Positions 40,076 to 49,476 of a DNA stretch of 64,000 nt are shown in pieces. The translations under genes were made by a program, and so were the position numbers. How positions within the stretch are numbered: the stretch's first letter is position 1; each line of letters starts with the position of its first letter. Origin of the DNA: an uncultured Acidobacteriota bacterium (lineage in GTDB: Bacteria > Acidobacteriota > Thermoanaerobaculia > Multivoradales > UBA5704); contig CAVYRF010000002.1 in the NCBI GenBank assembly GCA_963770895.1, forward strand, positions 3,808,001-3,872,000, in the 5' to 3' direction. The notes below the pieces were generated by a model that saw only the letters and a program-made list of their open reading frames with translations, ran no database searches and was not told the origin of the DNA.

Positions 40076-43000
40076 AGCCCCTGATTATGGTCATTGTGGC
40101 GAGCGTTGCGTTTGCCTCGGTGAGCCATGGCCAGACATGCGTGACCGCGGCCAGGGTGGGGCCGCCCGAGCCGGGGCGAACGTTTGCTGAACCGCTCAGG
40201 CCGGTAGGCGAGCCCAACGTAGAGGAGACCCGCGAGCTGGCGGCGGCGATCCGCACTTATCGCGCCGCTGTGGATATCGAGGCGGTACAGCCGGTGGTCG
40301 AGTTCCTGCAACAACATCCCGATTCGGCATGGAAGCCGTCCCTGTGCGCTAACCTGGCGGTGCTCTATCGCCACACCGGCTATCTGGACCACGCCCTGAC
40401 GATGGCCGAAGAGGCGTGGCGGCTGACCGCCACGTCCACCGACCCCGAAGCGCGAAAGATCGCCGATGACGCGCTGGCAACTCGTATCGAGGTAACCTCG
40501 GCCCTGGGCCGCACGGCCGAGCTGGCGGCGCTGCTCGACGCAGTGCGTGATCGGCCGCTGAGCGGGCACGCGGCAGAGATGGTGTCGGGCGCGCGGTCCA
40601 GTCTGTGGCAGATGCGCCACGATCCGGGCAGCTCCTTCCGCTGCGGCCCGCTGGCCATCGAGCGCGTCGCCGCGGTCCTCCATCCGGGAGCTCTAGCCGA
40701 CCCGCGCGTGCAGCAGTACCGTTCGACCAGCCAGGGCACTTCGCTGGCCGAGATGGCGCGGCTAGCCCAGACGACCGGCTTGGATTTGCAGGCGGTCAAA
40801 CGCCAGCCCGGCTCGCCCATCCCGGTGCCCGCGGTGGTGCATTGGAAGGCCGACCACTTCGCGGCGCTCGTGGCGCAGCAGGGCGACCGCTACCTGGTCA
40901 AGGACATGACGTTCGGCGACGACCGCTGGCTCAGCCGCGCCGCGGTGGAAGAAGAGTCGTCGGGCTATCTGCTGGCCCAGACCCCAAAGGCACTGTCGGA
41001 TGGCTGGCGGCGGGTGACCGCCGCGGAGGCGGCAGCGGTCCGCGGGCGAGGCGCGAGCGCCAATCCCAACCCCGGAGCGACCACCCCGGGCGACCCCAAA
41101 AAGCCGGCGCTGTGCGGCGGCAACGGCATTGGCATGCCGGTCTACAACTTTCACACCGCGGTGGTGAGCCTGAACGTCACCGACGCGCCGGTCGGTTATC
41201 AGCCGCCACGCGGACCGGCGATGCGGTTCGGCATCACCTATAACAGCCGCGAGGACTTTCAGCCCTCCACCTTCACCTTCACCAACCTGGGCTCGCGCTG
41301 GAGCTTCGACTGGCTGTCGTATGTCGAAGACGACGACCCGAACGGCAACGGCAACACCATCCGCGTCGCGGAGTTGGGTGGCGGTTCGTACATCCTGCCG
41401 CAGACCTCGACGACGTCCGGGTACCAATACGGGCCCAATGTGCGCGGCACGCACGAAACAGTGACCCGTATCTACCAGACGAACACCAACACCACCATCG
41501 GCTTCGCCCGGCAGTTTCCCGACGGTTCGCAAGAGATCTACCAGCTTTCCGACAATGCCGCAATGATGCGGAAGTATTTTCTGACCGCGGTGACCGACAC
41601 GCTGGGCAATACGATCACGCTCAACTACGACGCCGCCACCACGCGCCTGTTGTCGATCACCGATGCCCTGGGCCAGACGACGACGCTCACCTATGGGCTG
41701 GCGGGCGACATCTATAAGGTGACCGCGGTCACCGATCCGTTCGGGCGTCAGGCGCTCTTCCAATATTCCGGTGGCGAGCTGCAAAGCGTCACCGACGCGG
41801 AAGGCATGACGTCCTCGTTTGCGTATGGGCGGCCCACCGTGCCGGCGCCGGCGGCGCCCTATTGCGTGAACTTCGGCTACGACCTGGTGTACCCCGTGCC
41901 GGCGGATTTCATGAATGCAATGACCACGCCGTACGGCACGACGACCTTCGTCATGGGCGAGGAGCCACCGTGCGTCGACAGCGACCTGGGCAATATCCGC
42001 TGGCTGGTGGCGACCAACCCGCTGGGCAACCAGGAGCGCATCGAGTTCACCCACGAGGCTCAGAACGTCCCCGAGACCACCACCGAGCCGATCCCCGCCG
42101 GCTTCGGCAATGAAAATCTGGCGTACCGCAACACCTATTATTGGAATCAGACGGCGATGGAGCAGTACAGCGACGGCGATCCCAATCGCTATCTGAACGC
42201 GACTTACACCTTTCACTGGCTGCGCGACTTTTCGGAAGGCGGGACGGCAGCGTCTTCGATTCCGGGATTTGTCCAGCCGCTGGGCCAGCGCCGGACCTGG
42301 ATGGGCTACCCCAACATGCCCGGCGACAGCGACCAGGGCAGCCTTTCGGAGCCGACGGTCACCGCGACGGTGCTCGACAGCGGCCAGACCCGTGCATACA
42401 CCTACGCCTACAATTCTTCTGGCCGGCCGTATAACTACACCGACCCGACAGGGCGCACCTACAGCTACGAGTACGCGGCCAATGGGATCGATATGATCCG
42501 GGCGCTCGCCACACAGTTGGATGGCGGCGGTCCTGGCATCACCTGGGCCGGCGAGCAGCTGGCCACCCTGACTTACAACTCGCAGCATGAACCGCTGACC
42601 TACACCGACTATGCGAACCAGCGGTCCACGTTCACATACAACGGCTTCGGCGAGATGACCTCGGTACAGCGACCGGATGGGGTGACCACCAACTTCACCT
42701 ACGACGGCCACGGTTTTCTGACTCGCAAGGCGATCGCCGGCACCTCCTATCAAGAGACCTTCACCTACGATTCAGCCGATCGTCTGCTCACCTGGACGTC
42801 GACCGACGGCTACACCTTGACGTTGAGCTACGACGCGCTCGACCGTCTCACCCGCATCACCTATCCGGACGGCACCATGGACCAGGTGATCTACGACAAG
42901 CTGGACGTCGTGGCGTATCAGGATCGAATGGGACGCGTCACCACCTACGCCTACGACGCCGCCGATCGGCTGGCGTCGGTCACGGATCCGGCGGGCCGCA

Positions 43001-44097
43001 CCACGACCTATTCCTGGTGCGGCTGTGGAGCGCTGTCGCAGGTGGCGGACCCGCGTGGCGTTCTGACCACCTGGATGCTCGACGGCCTCAACCGGGTGAT
43101 CGGCAAGCAGGTCAACGGCGCCACGGTGGCGCTGTTCACCTACGACGACGCGGGTAGGTTGATCCAGCGCACCGACGGGCTGGGGCAGATCACCAACTAC
43201 AGCTACACCGTCGACGACCGGCTGGCCGGGGTCGGCTATCAGAACAGCGTCCATACGACGCCCGGCGTGCAGTATTTCTACGACCAGTACTATCCGCGCC
43301 TGGCCATGATGACCGATGCGTTCGGTTCGACGACCTACACCTACAACCCGGCAGGCAGCGTCGGTGCGGGGCAGGTTGCGAGCATCACCGCGCCGGCTCC
43401 CGAGCACACGATCATATTCCAGTACGATGTCGACGGCCGGCGGATCGGCAAGACGGTCGACGGGTTGGCACAGACGCAGACCTACGACAGCCAGGATCGC
43501 CTGAGCAGCTGGGAAAACTCGCTCGGTACCTTCACCGCCACCTACGCCGGATCGTCCAACCGGATGGCGACGTTGTCCTACCCCAACGGCCAGGGGGCGG
43601 TGTTCTCCTATCTCGGTGGCACGCAAGACTTCCGGCTGTCGCAAGTCGTCTGGGGGTCGACGGGGAACGGCCCCAACCTGTCGCAGTTCGGCTATTCCTA
43701 CGATGCCGCCCACCAGCAGGTCGTTGGCCTCTCCTGGTTCGACATCAACAGCCCGACGGGCCGGTTCTTCAACTTCACCTACGACCCCGCGCAGCAGCTG
43801 ACCGCGCGCCAGCAGACGACGAATCCGGCGCAGTCGCCGGTGACAACGCAGCATTCCTACACGTTCGGCTACGACGCGTCGGGCAACCGCACCAGCGAGA
43901 CGTTCGACACCGCGCTGTCGACCGCCGCCTACGACGGCGCCAACCAGCTGATCCGGCTCGACACCGGCCTTAGCCTTCAGGCGCAGGCGGCGATGCAGCA
44001 GCTGAGGGCTCATTCGTCGGCGGTGCCACCACCAAGTCCAGCCGGAGCCGCCCAGGCGGCTTCAGACAGCGTCAGGGAGGGCAGCCATGAGAACTGA
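40063..44097 (+). CDS. Secreted RHS/YD-repeat protein A with a C39 peptidase domain, no RHS core
   Basis: ATG after GAGGAG; signal peptide; RCGP..GTSLAEM..VVHWKADHF..KD; many YD repeats; ends YDGANQL. Confidence 0.88.
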   Translation: MRLVKPLIMVIVASVAFASVSHGQTCVTAARVGPPEPGRTFAEPLRPVGEPNVEETRELAAAIRTYRAAVDIEAVQPVVEFLQQHPDSAWKPSLCANLAVLYRHTGYLDHALTMAEEAWRLTATSTDPEARKIADDALATRIEVTSALGRTAELAALLDAVRDRPLSGHAAEMVSGARSSLWQMRHDPGSSFRCGPLAIERVAAVLHPGALADPRVQQYRSTSQGTSLAEMARLAQTTGLDLQAVKRQPGSPIPVPAVVHWKADHFAALVAQQGDRYLVKDMTFGDDRWLSRAAVEEESSGYLLAQTPKALSDGWRRVTAAEAAAVRGRGASANPNPGATTPGDPKKPALCGGNGIGMPVYNFHTAVVSLNVTDAPVGYQPPRGPAMRFGITYNSREDFQPSTFTFTNLGSRWSFDWLSYVEDDDPNGNGNTIRVAELGGGSYILPQTSTTSGYQYGPNVRGTHETVTRIYQTNTNTTIGFARQFPDGSQEIYQLSDNAAMMRKYFLTAVTDTLGNTITLNYDAATTRLLSITDALGQTTTLTYGLAGDIYKVTAVTDPFGRQALFQYSGGELQSVTDAEGMTSSFAYGRPTVPAPAAPYCVNFGYDLVYPVPADFMNAMTTPYGTTTFVMGEEPPCVDSDLGNIRWLVATNPLGNQERIEFTHEAQNVPETTTEPIPAGFGNENLAYRNTYYWNQTAMEQYSDGDPNRYLNATYTFHWLRDFSEGGTAASSIPGFVQPLGQRRTWMGYPNMPGDSDQGSLSEPTVTATVLDSGQTRAYTYAYNSSGRPYNYTDPTGRTYSYEYAANGIDMIRALATQLDGGGPGITWAGEQLATLTYNSQHEPLTYTDYANQRSTFTYNGFGEMTSVQRPDGVTTNFTYDGHGFLTRKAIAGTSYQETFTYDSADRLLTWTSTDGYTLTLSYDALDRLTRITYPDGTMDQVIYDKLDVVAYQDRMGRVTTYAYDAADRLASVTDPAGRTTTYSWCGCGALSQVADPRGVLTTWMLDGLNRVIGKQVNGATVALFTYDDAGRLIQRTDGLGQITNYSYTVDDRLAGVGYQNSVHTTPGVQYFYDQYYPRLAMMTDAFGSTTYTYNPAGSVGAGQVASITAPAPEHTIIFQYDVDGRRIGKTVDGLAQTQTYDSQDRLSSWENSLGTFTATYAGSSNRMATLSYPNGQGAVFSYLGGTQDFRLSQVVWGSTGNGPNLSQFGYSYDAAHQQVVGLSWFDINSPTGRFFNFTYDPAQQLTARQQTTNPAQSPVTTQHSYTFGYDASGNRTSETFDTALSTAAYDGANQLIRLDTGLSLQAQAAMQQLRAHSSAVPPPSPAGAAQAASDSVREGSHEN

Positions 44098-47000
44098 GCG
44101 TCGGGTGGAAGCCGTGCGCGGCCGGTGGCTGCCGTTCGTCCTGGTGTGCGCCGTCATCGTTGCCGGCGGCTCGATCCGGCCGGCAGGTGCCCAGGAAACC
44201 GTCACGATCAGCGGACCGACCACTTTGAACCAGACCGAATATGCGACCTACAACGGAATCGACAATCCCGGTGCCTACGGGGTCACCTGGTCGATTTACC
44301 CATCGGCAGGAGTCACCCTGAGCAATTTCACCAATACGTCGGTCCAGGTCACTGCCGGCGCCACGGCCGGCGTGTACACCCTGACCGGCACTGGCGGTGA
44401 CGGCACCACGGGGCATCTCAACATCACCGTTCCAGGCCCTCCGGTGACCTCGGTGAGCCCGCTGACTGCCGTGGTCGCTGCCGGCCAGACCATCGATTTC
44501 TACGCCAGCGTCGTCAACGCGAGCTCGCAGGCATACGCTTGGTGGACGGATGATCCGAGCGGTTGGGCGCTTGGGGGTGGTCAAGCGGATGCTGGCCCCG
44601 TCGGCCAGTTCTACCACAACGCAGGCCGGTCGGGAGGGACGTTCCACGTCTATGTCGAAAACTTGGAAAACAACCTCTCCGGCGTCGTGGCCGTTGCGAC
44701 CGTGCAGGTGGTCGATGTCGCCGTGGCGCCGGCGGCCGTGACCGTCCTGCCAGGCACCTCGCGGCAGTTCCTGGCCGACGTGACTGGCAGTCAGCAAAGC
44801 GTGCAATGGTCCTCGACGATACCGGGAGCAACGTTTGCGAACACCGGCCTGCTGCAGGTGCCGGCGGGCGCCGCCGGAGGGTCCTATACCGTCACGGTAC
44901 GGACCGTCGGCAATCCGGTGGCGACCAGCACCGCCGCCGTGACGGTGGTGGCGTCCATGCCGGTGAGCGGAGTCGCCATCTCGCCGGCGCGGTCGGTGCT
45001 CGATTCCGGGCAGCAGGCGCCCCTGTCGGCGGTCGTCGAAGACCCCAACGGCGAGCCGCATCCCAACCAGGCGGTGACCTGGTTGGTTGCCGGCCCGACG
45101 CCGGCGTCGATCGCCACCAATGGCCTGTTCACCGCCCCTGGCGTGCCCGGTGTCTACATCGTCACGGCAACCTCGGTGACAGATCCCACCAAGTCGGGCA
45201 CGGCGACGATCACGGTGGGTGAGGATCTGATGATTCTGCCGTCGTCGGCCAGCCTTGCACCAGGCGCCAGCCAGTCCTTCACCGCCCAGGTTAGCGGGGT
45301 GACGAATCCCACCGTCACCTGGAGCATCGAAGAGGGGGCGGCGGGCGGCAGCATCTCGACGGCCGGGCTCTACACCGCGCCCGCGGCGTCGGGGACCTAT
45401 CACGTGCTGGCGGCCGCCACCGCGGCGGGTGGTGGGACGGTGCAGGGCCTGGCGACGGTGACGGTGAGCGCCGGTCCGCGTGTCGGCATCGCCGTCGCAC
45501 CTGCGGAAACCACCGTGGCGGCGGGCGGCATGCAGCAGTTCACCGCTGCCGTCACCGGCGCCGCCGACACCGGTGTGGTGTGGTCCGCGTCGGCAGGCTC
45601 GATCGATGCGACCGGGCTTTTCACCGCTCCTGCGACCGACGGCACCATCACCATCACTGCCACCAGCCATGCCGATTCGCAGGTGCAGGCATCGGCAACC
45701 GCGGTCGTCACGGTTCCCGGCCAGGGGCAGGCGTTCCAATACGATGCCAACGGCAATGTCCTATCCGACGGCACCCGCATCTACGAATGGGACGCGGAAA
45801 ACCGGCTGACGGCGATCAACATCGGCACCCAGCGCAGCCAGTTCGGCTACGACGGGCTGGGGCGGCGCGTGCTGATCACCGAATTGAGCAACGGCGCGGT
45901 GGTCACCAGCCGGCACTACATTTGGCTGGGCGACGAAATCGTCGAAGAGACGGACGCCACCGTCGACGCGACGGGAACAGTCACCGGGCCAGGCAACTAC
46001 GACTCCCTCAACTGCAACCAGGTCGCCGGCTGGGCCTGGAACCCAGCCCAGCCCAATACGCCGGTCAGCGTCAGCATCGAATCCGGCGCCACCACCATCT
46101 CGACGGTGCTGGGCAACAACTATCGCAGCGACCTCAAGCTCGCCGGCGCTGGCAATGGCAATCACGGCTTCACCTATCCGCTGCCAGCGCAGTTCAAGAC
46201 TGGCACGGCGCAATCGGTGACGCTCTCCATCACCGGCACGACGATATCGCTCGGCACCCGCACCGTGACCTGTCCCGCGCCCAGCTTCTCCGGTTCGTTC
46301 GACCTAGCCACATGCACCCAGCTCGCCGGTTGGGGGTGGGACGCCAACGAGCCCAACGACCCGATCAACGTTGACATCTACGACGGCACCACCCTGATCG
46401 CCACCGTCCTTGCCAACACTTTACGCCAGGACCTGCTCAACGCCGGCATTGGCAACGGCGCACACGGCTTCTTCCTCCCCACGCCTGCCGCGCTCAAGAC
46501 CGGCACCGCCCACACCATCACCCTCAAAGCCGGCGGCACGCCGACGGTCATCGGCGCCCCACAAACGCTGACCTGTTCCAGCGCCAACTTCGGCGGGTAC
46601 TTCGACACTGCCGATTGCACCCAGCTGGTCGGTTGGGCCTGGGATGCCAATCAGCCCCATGCCGCCCTCAACGTGGACCTCTACGACAACGGCGCCCTGC
46701 TGGCCACTATCCCCGCCGCCAACTTCCGCCAGGATCTGCAGAATGCCGGCAAGGGCAACGGCGATCACGGTTTCGCCTACTCTTCGCCAGCCCTCTACTC
46801 CGGCACCACGCACAGCCTGTCCATCAACTATGCGGGCACCACGATCCCCCTGGCCAGCTCGCCGAAGACCATTACCTGCCCGACCGAACCGATCCTCACC
46901 CGCTTCTTCCTCGGAGGCATGCAGTCCGGCGGCGCCAATTATTACTTCTCCTACGACCACCTGGGCAGCGTGCGCGAAGTCACCGATACCAGTGGCAACG

Positions 47001-47683
47001 TCGTCAGCCGCTACGACTACGACTCCTACGGGCGATTGACCGTCAACCAGGGCGTCCCACCGCGCTTCGGCTTTGCCGGCCAGTACTACCACTCCGCCTC
47101 CGGCCTCAACCTAACTGAGTACCGCGCCTACGACCCGAATGTGGGGCGTTGGGAAAGCCGCGATCCGGCCGGCGAGATGGCGGGGCCAAACCTCTACGAC
47201 TACGTGGAGAACGACCCAATCAACTCGACCGATTCCGACGGTTTGGCTAGAAAACCAAGCACGAAACCTCCGCGCCAATGGCCGCCTTTGCCGGAAAACC
47301 TGGGCGGCAAAAAGGCGAAGTGGAACAAAAACGGGTATTGGGTGGGTAAGGGCGGCAAGTGCTATACATGGGACAGCCGGTCTCATGGCGCGAATATCGA
47401 TCGAGGAAAGGGACCCCAAGAGGGCCATTGGGACACCGAGGGCCCGAACGACGAGCGCTATAACAAGAATGGGGATCCATTGTTCGAAGCCACTCCCAAC
47501 CCCTTCAATCAATGGTTGGGGGGCTTACAGTGGATTGGATCGTGGTATATGGCGCAAGCTGACAACTTCCTCAACAACCTGGAGCAGGGCTTGGAAAACC
47601 TGCCTAACTACGTGCAGCCGCCGCAGGCGAACCTGCCAGGCTACGCGCCACCGCCTTACCCGCCCCTGTATCTGATTTGGTGA
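44087..47683 (+). CDS. Secreted Ig-repeat/RHS-core protein B with a C-terminal polymorphic toxin (HWD motif, Ntox37-like)
   Basis: Signal peptide; Ig-like repeats; YDANGN..YEWDAENRL; DHLGSVR..YRAYDPNVGRWESRDP..PINSTDSDG; tip with WD..H..GHWD. Confidence 0.88.
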   Translation: MRTERRVEAVRGRWLPFVLVCAVIVAGGSIRPAGAQETVTISGPTTLNQTEYATYNGIDNPGAYGVTWSIYPSAGVTLSNFTNTSVQVTAGATAGVYTLTGTGGDGTTGHLNITVPGPPVTSVSPLTAVVAAGQTIDFYASVVNASSQAYAWWTDDPSGWALGGGQADAGPVGQFYHNAGRSGGTFHVYVENLENNLSGVVAVATVQVVDVAVAPAAVTVLPGTSRQFLADVTGSQQSVQWSSTIPGATFANTGLLQVPAGAAGGSYTVTVRTVGNPVATSTAAVTVVASMPVSGVAISPARSVLDSGQQAPLSAVVEDPNGEPHPNQAVTWLVAGPTPASIATNGLFTAPGVPGVYIVTATSVTDPTKSGTATITVGEDLMILPSSASLAPGASQSFTAQVSGVTNPTVTWSIEEGAAGGSISTAGLYTAPAASGTYHVLAAATAAGGGTVQGLATVTVSAGPRVGIAVAPAETTVAAGGMQQFTAAVTGAADTGVVWSASAGSIDATGLFTAPATDGTITITATSHADSQVQASATAVVTVPGQGQAFQYDANGNVLSDGTRIYEWDAENRLTAINIGTQRSQFGYDGLGRRVLITELSNGAVVTSRHYIWLGDEIVEETDATVDATGTVTGPGNYDSLNCNQVAGWAWNPAQPNTPVSVSIESGATTISTVLGNNYRSDLKLAGAGNGNHGFTYPLPAQFKTGTAQSVTLSITGTTISLGTRTVTCPAPSFSGSFDLATCTQLAGWGWDANEPNDPINVDIYDGTTLIATVLANTLRQDLLNAGIGNGAHGFFLPTPAALKTGTAHTITLKAGGTPTVIGAPQTLTCSSANFGGYFDTADCTQLVGWAWDANQPHAALNVDLYDNGALLATIPAANFRQDLQNAGKGNGDHGFAYSSPALYSGTTHSLSINYAGTTIPLASSPKTITCPTEPILTRFFLGGMQSGGANYYFSYDHLGSVREVTDTSGNVVSRYDYDSYGRLTVNQGVPPRFGFAGQYYHSASGLNLTEYRAYDPNVGRWESRDPAGEMAGPNLYDYVENDPINSTDSDGLARKPSTKPPRQWPPLPENLGGKKAKWNKNGYWVGKGGKCYTWDSRSHGANIDRGKGPQEGHWDTEGPNDERYNKNGDPLFEATPNPFNQWLGGLQWIGSWYMAQADNFLNNLEQGLENLPNYVQPPQANLPGYAPPPYPPLYLIW
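45990..46885 (+). repeat. Three ~95-aa tandem domains inside RHS-B
   Basis: G.(Y/F)D...C.Q..GW(A/G)W(N/D)..N..R.DL..AG.GNG.HGF..TC, three times. Confidence 0.85.
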
Positions 47684-47821
47684 CGAAGCGGCGGGCGGTT
47701 GCCCGAATGCTTACGAAGAAGCGTCAGGCGAGCAAGATGCGTCAATGACATGAGGCTCACGGCGGCCGCCCTCGCCTGGCGGCTGCCGTGCGGTCATAGT
47801 TCGTGCCCAGGTGAGAGGAGG

Positions 47822-48190
47822 TTATTCGTCCTCGAATTCCATCGGCATAACTTCATAATCAACACCAGGGATTGGCTCGAGGGATGTTTGATCGATCGAG
47901 GGCTCGAATCTCAATTCAGCGTTCGTCCTGAACAGATCGCGACCGCAATTCGGGCATGTCTGCAAGGTAACGGCATCAAGGTACTTGTCTCTACCCGTTG
48001 TTGCCCTGCTCTCAGACGAAATCTGGCACACGGCATCGATCATCCATCCTCCCCAACCGCATGCGTCCTTGCTGCAGGCGCACACTGCGTAGACGAGCCA
48101 GGCGTAATCGGGGCGATCGACATCGGAGAGTTCGATATCAAGCAGCGGTTGGAACTTTCTTGGAAAGGCCATGATTTCCTCCTTCATCAA
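47822..48190 (-). CDS. Small Cys-rich hypothetical protein (possible immunity protein)
   Basis: CAC..CGWGGW and CPNC motifs; lower GC; likely start at MAFP after AAGGAGG. Confidence 0.65.
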   Translation of the reverse strand: MMKEEIMAFPRKFQPLLDIELSDVDRPDYAWLVYAVCACSKDACGWGGWMIDAVCQISSESRATTGRDKYLDAVTLQTCPNCGRDLFRTNAELRFEPSIDQTSLEPIPGVDYEVMPMEFEDE

Positions 48191-48548
48191 GGATAGCAGA
48201 TAGAGATTATTTCTGTCGTGCCGATTCGAGTTGGATCAATCAGCCCTGGCGTCGCTCCGGAGATCGACCCGAAGGGCATGGATAGTAGGATCGCTGGCAC
48301 GGTCGGCTGGAATGTCGCAACAACGGCCGCAGTGGCCCTACCTGGACTGCCGGCCGGTTCACCACGGCGACGAGTTCGAAATCCAGCTCGTTGATGGCCA
48401 ATGGCGCCGGCTGTGGCTTGAAGGACTGCCGGCCGAGATCCTGGGCGGCCGGCGCTCGCCAGCGGCTACGAGCTGGTGGCCGAGGCGCCCCTCAAAGCGC
48501 TGCTTCGCTGGGCGGGCGCCAGCCGAGCAGCGCTGACCGTGCGTCGGC
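48059..48548. repeat. ~490-bp direct repeat, copy 1
   Basis: Highly similar to 51208-51696. Confidence 0.92.
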
Positions 48549-48685
48549 AGCCGTCCGCTGATGCGGCCAGCGAGGCGGTTCCAGCCCCCGGTCCGGCTCG
48601 CGCCGCCGATCGCCGAGCGGGTGCAGTTGGCGGAAGGTCGAGAAAGGGGTTTAGAAAGGTAAGAATCGGCTACACTGCGACGATC

Positions 48686-48905
48686 ATGGCGAAGAAGCCT
48701 TTTTCGGCCGATTAGGAGGTCCGCCACTATGGGATCGTCCTGCGTCAGATCATCCGCGCTGCTGGCCTCACGGTGACCGAAGTGGAGCGGCGGCTTGGAC
48801 AGGGACCCAAAACCCCTGCGGCGGGTGTTCTGCGGCGAGGTCGACCTGAAGGTTAAGCACATCGTTTCCGTATTGCACGTGCTCGGTATGCCCCAGGAGA
48901 AGCTC
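48686..48905 (+). pseudogene. XRE-family HTH regulator remnant
   Basis: MAKKPFSAD*EVRHYGIVLRQIIRAAGLTVTEVERRLG / LRRVFCGEVDLKVKHIVSVL; in-frame TAG plus a frameshift. Confidence 0.65.
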
Positions 48906-49476
48906 AAGGTGACAGGGTCAAGATCATCGGGGTTCCCGATACCTACGCCTTCACCGGCAAGTCGAGATCGGCCGGCCGGACGCGCCCGCGCGCCCGTTGG
49001 CGATCACTGCCGGTAGCGCGCCGGGCGTGCCGGCGGCGACTTCTCGGACGTCCCAATCGTGGATGGCGTCGGGGACGTCGCAGGGGAAGGCAGTGGCCTG
49101 CGGACCATCTGGTTTCCCATGGAGCACCACCCTTCCCCCAGCATGGTGGTTCATCTTTGCCGGAGGCTGAAGGGTTTGGGAAAATGAGGTAAAACATTAT
49201 TGGTGGAGGTTCGCCCCCGCCATAGTTACAAGCCACTTCGGCATTAGAGCATGCGACGGAGATCTACACCGCAAATCGCTTTAGTGATAGGGTACTGTCA
49301 TGCACTGCCTGACAAAAACTGAGTCAGTCGACATCATGCGAAGCTTTGGCTTTGTTCCTGCAAAAACCTGGAGGATCGCGTGGCTTGACGGAGTGGAGCG
49401 TAGTGGCGGTAGCTGGAGTATTTTTGATTCTGCCGCGAAGCAGAGCAACATGACAAATGGCATCTTCAAGCTCTTA

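Noticed and set aside
47684-49300. Integron cassette array
   Set aside because: No convincing attC sites and no IntI-type integrase.
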